NCBI GenBank assembly: GCA_964456505.1
Contig: CAYWAH010000002.1
Coordinates: forward strand, 7-64,006
Direction of reading: 5' to 3'
Length of the DNA: 64,000 nucleotides
Source: an uncultured Clostridium sp.
GTDB taxonomy: Bacteria > Bacillota > Clostridia > TANB77 > CAG-508
A program made the position numbers and the translations under genes. The notes beneath the pieces were generated by a model. That model saw only the letters and a list, made by a program, of their open reading frames with translations, ran no database searches and was not told where the DNA came from. Below, piece after piece: positions 9,316 to 17,778 of this stretch (position 1 is the stretch's first letter; every line of letters begins with the position of its first letter).

Positions 9316-10878
9316 TTACTTTTTTGGTGTAATATTATCCACGAAATTTTTAAAAGAGTAACTAGGCCTTACTGTGCCAGTCTTTTCACGATGCTTTCTT
9401 TTCCTAGCAAATTCCTCTTTTTGCGCCTTAATCTCATCAAATGTTTTAGTTACCGAAACTAACTTCGACAAAGGGGTTGCCTTTAATTCATTTTCTTGAT
9501 ACTTGAAATAATGTGTCTTTTCGAAGTTCATAACCTTAAGATCAGGATATTTTTCTTCGATTGCACGTTCAAGACCAATCCTGTTTTCTTCATCACCATG
9601 TGTGATGGCAACGCTTTGAAGATGCTTGAATTTCTCTAAGAATCTAAGTAATCCTTCCTGATGAGAATGTCCAGAAAATTCACCAGTCCAGCAAACTTCT
9701 GCTTTTTTTATGCAAGGAGTTCCCTGAATAATAATTTCTTCTCCATATTCTGCATCAATTACTTTCCTACCGATACTATTTTCTGCTTGATAGCATGTAA
9801 ATAAGATCACGAAAGTAGGATCATTTAGAACTCTTGATATGTAACTTTGTGAAGGACCATGGCCCATTCCTCCTCCAGTAACAAATATTGCTGGTCCGTC
9901 AATACTAGTGGAAAGTCTTGAGCCAATAGTTAAATTTTCAGGCTCAAAGTTTTTGCATTCTGGACGCAACTCAATTCGATCATCATGTTGCATGATTTTC
10001 GAATAGTTAACACCCAAAGGAGCATCGGCAAAGATTGGTATTTTGGTTGAAAGAGCACCAGAAAGCTGAGTATTTCGTAACATTAGCAATATCAGCTGAA
10101 ATCTTTCAAGAGATATTGATGGAATAAGTACTTTTTTTCCTTGATAAACTGATTGAAGTACTTTTTCCATAAAACTCATTGTGACATCGTTTTCTGAACG
10201 AGCACCATATGTGCTTTCGATGAATACATTCACAGGCAATTTAAATATTTCCTTGGGAATTTTCTTCTCAACACATAAAGCGGAGTGCTCTTTGTAGTCT
10301 CCAGAAAATATAAAAATATTGTCTGTTGAATCATTTTTGTCACTTACTTTTACCAAATAACTACATGCACCAGGTAAATGTGCGTTGTAAAGAGGCGTTA
10401 CGATTACTTTGAAACCAGTTGTCTTTTCAATCACGATATTGGTATTGTAATCTTCTCCACATAAAATAGAGATAACCTCATCTACATCATTTCTGTCATA
10501 TGGCATTTCCTTTTTTTTATATTTTGATAAATCAACAGTATAAGAATTAGTCAATGCAAGAGGTAAAATTGCTTCTGCTCCTTTTGTGCAATAGATTTTG
10601 CACAATGGATTTAATCCTTCATGTACAAGTTCACCGAGCCGACCATAATGATCAAGATGGGGATGTGTTATAAACACAGCATCAAGATTTGAAGGATTGA
10701 AGAAAAATCCTGGAAAAGGCTCTACTTCATCACTATAACTTTCCTTCCCACAGTCAATGAGAATATTAATTTTTGTCCCATTTGTAAACTGAATATTTAC
10801 GAGATAAATACTTCCCGTAACTTCAGTCATTGATGTAGAAACATCAACTGTAACCTTTCTATTTTTACTTTTTTCCAT
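9316..10878 (-). CDS. MBL-fold, beta-CASP-type metallo-hydrolase (putative ribonuclease) with a basic C-terminal tail
   Basis: 520 aa with an HxHxDH motif (THPHLDHYG) and a later SGHSH motif. The tail is KAQKEEFARKRKHREK. The gene appears monocistronic. Confidence 0.7.
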   Translation of the reverse strand: MEKSKNRKVTVDVSTSMTEVTGSIYLVNIQFTNGTKINILIDCGKESYSDEVEPFPGFFFNPSNLDAVFITHPHLDHYGRLGELVHEGLNPLCKIYCTKGAEAILPLALTNSYTVDLSKYKKKEMPYDRNDVDEVISILCGEDYNTNIVIEKTTGFKVIVTPLYNAHLPGACSYLVKVSDKNDSTDNIFIFSGDYKEHSALCVEKKIPKEIFKLPVNVFIESTYGARSENDVTMSFMEKVLQSVYQGKKVLIPSISLERFQLILLMLRNTQLSGALSTKIPIFADAPLGVNYSKIMQHDDRIELRPECKNFEPENLTIGSRLSTSIDGPAIFVTGGGMGHGPSQSYISRVLNDPTFVILFTCYQAENSIGRKVIDAEYGEEIIIQGTPCIKKAEVCWTGEFSGHSHQEGLLRFLEKFKHLQSVAITHGDEENRIGLERAIEEKYPDLKVMNFEKTHYFKYQENELKATPLSKLVSVTKTFDEIKAQKEEFARKRKHREKTGTVRPSYSFKNFVDNITPKK

Positions 10879-10952
10879 AGGATATTCTCCTTTCTTTGTA
10901 TACTCTGAGTTGTTAAAAGTTATAAAAAGGTTTCAAAATGTGTTACACCTAT

Positions 10953-10981
10953 ATAATACCACGTTTTTTAAAATAAATCAA
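10953..10981 (-). promoter_or_regulatory. sigma-A type promoter for the MBL gene (TTGATT-17-TGgTATTAT)
   Basis: The reverse complement reads TTGATT (10981-10976), a 17-nt spacer, then TGG+TATTAT (10961-10953). Confidence 0.45.
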
Positions 10982-11021
10982 TAATATGCAAACAAATTAT
11001 GTAAATTTAATTACATATTTT

Positions 11022-11411
11022 CTATTGCTTTTTGATTTTGGGCTTAGAGAAAACTGATGCAAGATAACCGAAGAAGATTGCTGCAGCAATTCCGCCGGCG
11101 GAAGCTTTGAGACCACCGGTAAAAGCACCTAAAAGACCTTGAGTTTGAATTTCTTGCTTTACACCTTTTGCAAGAGCGGCACCAAATCCAACAATAGGCA
11201 CAGTTGCACCACAACCAGCAAAGTCAATCAAATGCTGATAAATTCCTAAAAATCCAAGAATAACTCCGGCAGTTAAAAATGTGACTAAAATACGTGCAGA
11301 TGTCATCTTTGTTTTATCAAGAAGGACTTGACCAACTACGCAAATTAGTCCTCCAACAACAAAACATTTTAGCATCATTATCCAATTTATATATCTAAAA
11401 AAATCTATCAT
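11022..11411 (-). CDS. spoVAE: Stage V sporulation protein AE (SpoVAEB type)
   Basis: Small 4-TM protein with GCGATVPIVGFG and AFTGGLKASAGG. ATG 11411 follows gggagga. Confidence 0.85.
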   Translation of the reverse strand: MIDFFRYINWIMMLKCFVVGGLICVVGQVLLDKTKMTSARILVTFLTAGVILGFLGIYQHLIDFAGCGATVPIVGFGAALAKGVKQEIQTQGLLGAFTGGLKASAGGIAAAIFFGYLASVFSKPKIKKQ

Positions 11412-11554
11412 TGTTCCTCCCAAACATCTACTTTCTAATATAATTTAATTTTTCAATTATTAAAAAACTACATATTATTAGAATTCATTCACATATTTAA
11501 AAAGCAAGATTTTTAAATGACAAATTCATATTCTAATTTTATCTAATAGCAAAT

Positions 11555-12565
11555 TTAAATTTCGATTTGAACTGCGTGGCAAATTCCTGGAATTGATTCG
11601 CCTTGTTGAGAAGTGGTGGCATTCATCAAAGCACCAGTTGCCATTAGCAACAATTTTCTAATTTGTTTTTCCTTTAACATTTTATAAAGATAACCACTAA
11701 AAACAGTTGCAACACACGCACATCCACTTCCGCCAGCATGAGTATCTTGCTTGTTTTTATCAAACATCAATACACCGGTGTCATTATAGTTATGAGTTAA
11801 ATCAAATCCATAATTTCCTGCTTGCTCTATTAACATATCTTTTCCAACATATCCCAAATCTCCGGTAATAATCAGATCATAGTAATCAGGCGAAATTTCT
11901 AAATCCTCAAAATGTGCTTTCAATGTAGAGAGGGCAGAGGGCATCATTGCTGCACCCATGTTTGATGCATCTTTTACGCCTAAATCTGTAATAATTCCAG
12001 GAGTAACAGCTGTAATTCTTGGTACATCTTGATGAGAAGAATTTCCTAACACACACGCGCCAGAACCTGTAACAGTCCATTGAGAACTTTGAGGTCGTTG
12101 ATTTCCAAGTTCTAACGGAAAACGAAATTGTTTTTCAGCACCACAAAAGTGGCTAGATGTTGCACACAAAATATTTTTAGTAGCGTTACTATCAATAAAA
12201 ACAGAGCCAAGAATCAAAGATTCCACAAAAGTTGAACAAGCACCAAATATTCCAAAGAATGGCACACCAAAATCTCTCAAACCAAAAGTAGAAGCAATAC
12301 ATTGATTAAGTAAATCGCCAGCAAATATGCAATCAACATCGCTTTCTGACACGTCAGCATTTGAAAGAGCAAGAGAAGAGGCTTCTCTAATGAATTTGCT
12401 TTCTGCTTTTTCCCAAGTTTTTTCTCCCCAAAATTCATCCTCTATACATTTATCAAAATATTGTTGCAATGGACCATTAGATTCTTTAGGACCTACAATT
12501 GATGCAGTTCCTAAAATATATGCAGGGTTGTCCATAACAAAAGTTTGCTTTCCAATTTTTTTCAT
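11555..12565 (-). CDS. spoVAD: Stage V sporulation protein AD
   Basis: 336-aa thiolase-like fold sequence (GPKESNGPL, FGACST, GGSGCAC) sitting between spoVAC and spoVAE. Confidence 0.9.
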   Translation of the reverse strand: MKKIGKQTFVMDNPAYILGTASIVGPKESNGPLQQYFDKCIEDEFWGEKTWEKAESKFIREASSLALSNADVSESDVDCIFAGDLLNQCIASTFGLRDFGVPFFGIFGACSTFVESLILGSVFIDSNATKNILCATSSHFCGAEKQFRFPLELGNQRPQSSQWTVTGSGACVLGNSSHQDVPRITAVTPGIITDLGVKDASNMGAAMMPSALSTLKAHFEDLEISPDYYDLIITGDLGYVGKDMLIEQAGNYGFDLTHNYNDTGVLMFDKNKQDTHAGGSGCACVATVFSGYLYKMLKEKQIRKLLLMATGALMNATTSQQGESIPGICHAVQIEI

Positions 12566-12612
12566 ACTTATTCCTTTCTAAAATTCATTATATATTTATC
12601 GCCAAATACAAT

Positions 12613-13056
12613 TTAAATAAACAGCAAATATATTAGCCCTAAAATAATGGAAGAAGAAATGCCATATACAAGAACAGGTCCAGCAACAGTAAACATCTTT
12701 GAACCAACGCCCATTACATAGCCCTCGGTTTTATACTCCATAGCAGGAGCAACAATTGAATTTGCGAAACCTGTAATAGGAACGATAGTACCAGCACCTG
12801 CAAATTTTCCAATACGATTAAAAATATTTAAACCAGTAAGAAAAGCAGCAATTCCAATTAACGAAATTGAAACCACAGTATTTGCAGAAACTTCATCAAG
12901 CCCTTTATATGTGCACAAAAAGAAAATAATTTGACCGATTGAGCAAATCAAACCACCGACCCAAAATGCTCTAATGCAATTTTTAAGTATTGGAGAGTTT
13001 GGGGATTTTTCATTTACATATTTTTGATATTCTTTTACAGATTCTACTGGATTCAT
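12613..13056 (-). CDS. spoVAC: Stage V sporulation protein AC
   Basis: 147-aa membrane protein with FWVGGLICSIGQ and GAGTIVPITGFANS, first gene of the tricistronic spoVA-like operon. Confidence 0.9.
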   Translation of the reverse strand: MNPVESVKEYQKYVNEKSPNSPILKNCIRAFWVGGLICSIGQIIFFLCTYKGLDEVSANTVVSISLIGIAAFLTGLNIFNRIGKFAGAGTIVPITGFANSIVAPAMEYKTEGYVMGVGSKMFTVAGPVLVYGISSSIILGLIYLLFI

Positions 13057-13664
13057 TTTTCCTCCTAAAATAATAATACAATATTAAATAATAAAAGAAA
13101 CTTTAAGTGACAAATGAAGTTTTAAATAATTGCAAAAAATTTAAGAAATATCATTTAAAGCAATAAAATTTTAAGTATTAATAAATGAATCGTTAAATAA
13201 AATTTATTTACTAAAAAATTAATATTGTATGTTGAAGATTTATGTATTTGCTAAAACATAGTATGTACACATTTTTCTAAAAAATACATAATTTAATGTC
13301 AAAATAGAAAATAAACCCAAAATAGTCATAATGAATATTCGTTGTTGTTTTTTATAATATTTTTTAAAATAAATACGATTTTTGTAAAATTTGTTGGAAA
13401 ACTGTAGAAAATTGTCAAAATATTCTTTTAAAATTTAGCATAATTTGGTTGATTTTTTATAAAAAATGTAATACTATATTTATTGTAAAAAGTAACTAAC
13501 ATCGTTACACTCTATATTCATTTTTTCAAAAATTTTTAAAATCTTAAAAAAAATTTCCATATTAATTTTTTATAAAATTTAATTCATTTAGAATTTAAAA
13601 TTTTCATCTTAATACTATCAAAAAAACAGAATAAAATACTATTTAAATAAGGAGATATTCAATT

Positions 13665-14642
13665 ATGAAAAAAAATATTAGCACTAGCACCGAAGAAGAA
13701 AAGAAAAATGAAAAACTAAAGAATGAAAAAATTTTAGAGAACAGAAGAAAATTCAAACCAAAGAATGATGTTATATTTCAAGAGTTGTTTAAGCCAGGAA
13801 ACGAGGACATTACAAAGGCCTTTCTTTCTAGCATAATCAAAGAAAATATTACGGAAATAAATATGGATGTATCCACACACACCAACAGAGATTATTTGAA
13901 AAGCAAACTTGGAATATTGGATTTAAGGGTAAAACTTGAAAATAATATTCAATGTAATGTTGAGGTGCAATTGATCGATTATGGAAATATGATAGATAGA
14001 ATGCTATTCTATTGGTCAAAACAGTTTTCAAAAAATTTGAACAAAAGTCAAGACTACAGCAAACTAGAAAGAACAATAAGCATTGCAATTCTTAATTTCA
14101 AAATTGAAGACTTAAAGGACATTGAAAATTTCTACACTAATTGGAAAATAATTGAGACGAAAGATAGAAAGAAAATATTGACAAACAAATTAGACATTTA
14201 TATAATAGAAATGCCCAAGTTGCTTGAGCAAAAGCATAAGGAGCTAAATGACAATTTGACCCAATGGATGTTATTCTTAAATAATCCAGATAGTGTGGAG
14301 GTAAAAGAGATTATGGAAGAGAATGATAAAATAAAAGAAGCAGCAGAAAAATATGATGTAATACTTGGAGATGAAGAATTGATTAGACTTGCTGAATTAA
14401 AAGAAAAAGGCGAAATGGATGAAAGAAATATGAAAAGAGTCGCTAGAGAAGAAGGCATTGCAGAAGGAATGAAGCAAGGGATGGAAAAAGGCAAACAAGA
14501 AGGACACAAATCTGGATTGATAGAAGGAATACAAAAGAACAAATTAGAGGTTGCAAAAAAACTTCTCAAAATGAAATTACCAATTTATAAAATCTCTGAA
14601 GCTACTGGATTGTCAAAAGAAGAAATTGAAAAATTAAAATAA
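13665..14642 (+). CDS. Rpn-family recombination-promoting nuclease / PD-(D/E)XK putative transposase
   Basis: DVIFQELF...LDLRVKLENNIQCNVEVQ...MLFYWSK core, and a C-terminal E/G/K-rich helical repeat region ending in an HTH-like ISEATGLSKEEIEKL. Confidence 0.8.
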   Translation: MKKNISTSTEEEKKNEKLKNEKILENRRKFKPKNDVIFQELFKPGNEDITKAFLSSIIKENITEINMDVSTHTNRDYLKSKLGILDLRVKLENNIQCNVEVQLIDYGNMIDRMLFYWSKQFSKNLNKSQDYSKLERTISIAILNFKIEDLKDIENFYTNWKIIETKDRKKILTNKLDIYIIEMPKLLEQKHKELNDNLTQWMLFLNNPDSVEVKEIMEENDKIKEAAEKYDVILGDEELIRLAELKEKGEMDERNMKRVAREEGIAEGMKQGMEKGKQEGHKSGLIEGIQKNKLEVAKKLLKMKLPIYKISEATGLSKEEIEKLK

Positions 14643-14753
14643 AAATTGGCATAAAAACTATACTAATGCCAATACCATTGATGTAATAAAAAATGTTGCA
14701 TTTCAAAACGGTGATATGTTTTTAGCATTACATGTTAAAGAGCATGGAGGATT

Positions 14754-15227
14754 ATGAAGAAAATTACATTTAACATATTAATTAATATTATTTTAATTTG
14801 TTTAATAACTTATACGATTGTGAGCACTATGATAAAAAATCATACGTATGATGATAAAAATGCAATAATTGTAAAAGGCTATTATCATGTGGATAAATTT
14901 GAAGATCATAATACTTCAAGGTCTCATTCTGATTTGTATAAATATTATTATACACAAGAAGATGATATTAAATTTGAAAATAACCCAAATTACAAAAGAA
15001 TTGAAAAAAATGACGTTACTTATTATATCAACATAATTAATGGTTTCTTTGATAATTCACCAAGACGTGAAGCCTTTGATCTAAACAAAGATACTATCAA
15101 TGAAAATGATTATTATTATATTGATGATGACGAGAAAGGAAAAGAAGAAAGATTTAAATATGAATTCTGTTTTTATTATTATAAAATATACAATCATGTT
15201 TTATATGAAGTATACTGCAATGAATAA
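14754..15227 (+). CDS. Hypothetical membrane-anchored Tyr/Asp/Asn-rich protein
   Basis: 157-aa ORF with SD ggagg 5 nt upstream and one N-terminal TM. I recognise no family. Confidence 0.5.
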   Translation: MKKITFNILINIILICLITYTIVSTMIKNHTYDDKNAIIVKGYYHVDKFEDHNTSRSHSDLYKYYYTQEDDIKFENNPNYKRIEKNDVTYYINIINGFFDNSPRREAFDLNKDTINENDYYYIDDDEKGKEERFKYEFCFYYYKIYNHVLYEVYCNE

Positions 15228-15343
15228 AAAATAGAATTGTAAATTTTATGCTAAAAATTTATATTTATACTAAAAAATATTTTCAATCAAATATATTTTA
15301 TTTAATTAATGTATCTAAATAATAAGAAGAAAAGGATAGAATT

Positions 15344-15931
15344 ATGATAGCATTTTTAAAAGGAAAAGTTGATTTTAAATCAGATAGTTTTGTTATTATT
15401 GATGTTAACAATGTGGGCTATAAAGTTTTTATGCCTGAAAAAGATATTGCTGAAATTGAAGATGACAAAATTACAAAAATTTTTACATATATGAGAGTTA
15501 CACAAGATGATGTAAGCTTGTATGGCTTTTTGACAAATGATGAGCTAGCTATGTTTGAACTTTTATTAACAGTTGGTGGAATTGGCGCAAAGTCTGCTAT
15601 TGCAATTCTTTCAAACATTGAACCATCACAATTTGCATTAGCAATTATTACCAATGATATTTCAATGTTAAAAAAATTACCTGGAATTGGTCCAAAAACA
15701 GCGCAAAGAATTGTGCTTGAATTGCAAGATAAAATTAAATCTAATGATGCAATCAAAGCTGATAGCGAAGTTAAGAATGCAGTTAAATTCAACCAAAATG
15801 CAAAAGACGCAATTGATGCTTTGCAAGTTTTAGGATACACAAGAAGAGATGTTGAAGATGTTGTTTCTAAAATGAAAATTGACAATATGAGTGTTGAAGA
15901 CATAATAAAAGAGGGATTAAAAAGACTATGA
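15344..15931 (+). CDS. ruvA: Holliday junction DNA helicase subunit RuvA
   Basis: MIAFLKGKV...VNNVGYKV...LLTVGGIGAKSA...LPGIGPKTAQRI are typical RuvA OB and HhH motifs. Confidence 0.9.
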   Translation: MIAFLKGKVDFKSDSFVIIDVNNVGYKVFMPEKDIAEIEDDKITKIFTYMRVTQDDVSLYGFLTNDELAMFELLLTVGGIGAKSAIAILSNIEPSQFALAIITNDISMLKKLPGIGPKTAQRIVLELQDKIKSNDAIKADSEVKNAVKFNQNAKDAIDALQVLGYTRRDVEDVVSKMKIDNMSVEDIIKEGLKRL

Positions 15932-17214
15932 CAGATTATAATGAACCTTTAGCATATCGAATGATGCCAAAAACTTTAGATGATTATGTTGGTCAAAAAG
16001 ATATACTTGGAAAAGATAAAATTTTATATAGAACAATAAAAGCAGATAGACTTTCTAGCATTATTTTATGGGGACCTCCCGGCTGTGGCAAAACATCTCT
16101 TGCACGAGTTATTAGTAATACAACTCAATATAAATTCATCAAGCTGAATGCTGTAACTGCTGGTGTAACAGACATAAAAAATGCAATTACAGAAGCAGAA
16201 AATTTGCTTTTAAACCCATCAGGAAAATGCATATTGTTCATCGATGAAATTCATAGATTCAATAAATTACAACAAGATGCTTTACTTCCTTATGTTGAAA
16301 AAGGCACTGTTATTTTAATTGGCGCAACAACTGAAAATCCATATTTTGAAGTAAACAAAGCCTTAATTTCAAGAAGTATGGTTTTCATGCTTCATCAATT
16401 AACAGAAGATGAAATTTACACAATTTTGAAAAGAGCACTAAATGCTGAAGAGGGTTTAAAACAATATAACATAAAAATAGAAGATAGTACATTAAAGAAA
16501 TTTGCAATTGTTGCAAATGGAGATGTAAGAACAGCTTTAAACAGTTTGGAAGTAGCAGTGTTAACAACTCCAATTTCATCTGATGGTTTTATTCATATTA
16601 CAGATGAGGTTGCAAAAGAATGTGTACAAACAAGAAAAGCAGTGTTTGATAAAAACGGAGATTCTCATTATGATAACATCAGTGCTTTCATAAAATCAAT
16701 GAGAGGTTCCGATCCTGATGCAACAGTATTTTATTTAGCAAGAGCATTGAATGCTGGAGAAGATCCAATGTTTATTGCAAGAAGAATTGTAATATTAGCG
16801 ACTGAGGACATAGGACTTGCAAATCCTAATGCTTTAGTCGTAGCCAATTCGGCAATGCAGGCTGTGAACATGGTTGGCATGCCAGAAGCAAGAATTATTT
16901 TGGCGGAAGCGGCAGTATATAACGCACTTTCTAAAAAGAGCAATGCAAGTTATCTTGCAATTGATAAAGCATTGGACGACGTAAAAAATAAAGACACTGG
17001 AACAATTCCAATGCATATTAGAAATGCACCAGCAGAGGGAATGAAAGAACAAGGTTATCACGTAGGATACAAATATCCTCATGACTTTCCAAAGCATTGG
17101 GTTGAACAACAATATTTGCCAGACAAAATGCTTGGAACAAAATACTTTATTCCAGATGAAAACATTGATACATCAAATTATCAAGAGAAAAATTCAAAAA
17201 ATGATGACAAATAG
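15928..17214 (+). CDS. rarA: Replication-associated recombination protein A (RarA/MgsA AAA+ ATPase)
   Basis: ILWGPPGCGKTSLA, FIDEIHRFNKLQQDALLPYVEKGTVILIGATTENPYFEV, and the MgsA_C-like YLARAL..GEDP..IARR. The start overlaps the ruvA stop (ATGA). Confidence 0.9.
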   Translation: MTDYNEPLAYRMMPKTLDDYVGQKDILGKDKILYRTIKADRLSSIILWGPPGCGKTSLARVISNTTQYKFIKLNAVTAGVTDIKNAITEAENLLLNPSGKCILFIDEIHRFNKLQQDALLPYVEKGTVILIGATTENPYFEVNKALISRSMVFMLHQLTEDEIYTILKRALNAEEGLKQYNIKIEDSTLKKFAIVANGDVRTALNSLEVAVLTTPISSDGFIHITDEVAKECVQTRKAVFDKNGDSHYDNISAFIKSMRGSDPDATVFYLARALNAGEDPMFIARRIVILATEDIGLANPNALVVANSAMQAVNMVGMPEARIILAEAAVYNALSKKSNASYLAIDKALDDVKNKDTGTIPMHIRNAPAEGMKEQGYHVGYKYPHDFPKHWVEQQYLPDKMLGTKYFIPDENIDTSNYQEKNSKNDDK

Positions 17215-17246
17215 AAAAAAGACTTGCATTTGCAAGTCTTTTTTTC
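17214..17246. terminator. Bidirectional terminator
   Basis: agacttgca/tgcaagtct stem flanked by an A-run and a T-run. Confidence 0.75.
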
Positions 17247-17266
17247 GCTTGGAGAGAAGCACAATC

Positions 17267-17554
17267 TTACTGCTGAGTAGCATAAACTTTTTCACGAAAG
17301 TACTTCTGCATGGAAGATGCATTGTTCAATAAGTTGATACGGCTTCCAGTGCTGAACTTAATGTGATTCGCATTCATTCCGTTTATAAGAGAATCATATC
17401 CTTCGCCTTTGCATACAAGAACCTTTAAAGGGTTTTGCATGGACTGCATCGCATCACAATCTCTGAACTCATCAGCATACATTTTAAGTGCTGCATTCAT
17501 TTCATTGACATCAGCAAATGTAATGAATACTCCTACAAGTGTCTTATTACCCAT
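17267..17554 (-). CDS. Hypothetical 95-aa protein
   Basis: Strong SD (ggagg) 7 nt before the ATG and flanked by a terminator. I recognise no family. Confidence 0.55.
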   Translation of the reverse strand: MGNKTLVGVFITFADVNEMNAALKMYADEFRDCDAMQSMQNPLKVLVCKGEGYDSLINGMNANHIKFSTGSRINLLNNASSMQKYFREKVYATQQ

Positions 17555-17778
17555 ATTGGGCCTCCAATCTATTCTACTAAGTTGAACATTACAATTCTTA
17601 TTATACTACTATATCAAGAAAAATGCAACCTTTTTCTGTTAAATTTTACTAAAAAGATTTACATAAATAAGAATATAACACTTTATTCAAAATTTCTTTC
17701 ACAATCTTAATGAAATTTTTTTTTGAATAAAGTATTATATTTTTTATTGGTTTGCATATTCTTGAAAAGGAGGTTCTT

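Noticed and set aside
13259-13287. sigma-G/F-like match (GTATT-17-CATACTA, minus strand) upstream of spoVAC
   Set aside because: It lies ~200 nt from the start codon and its -35 is imperfect. Such motifs are frequent in this composition, so it is not supportable without data.
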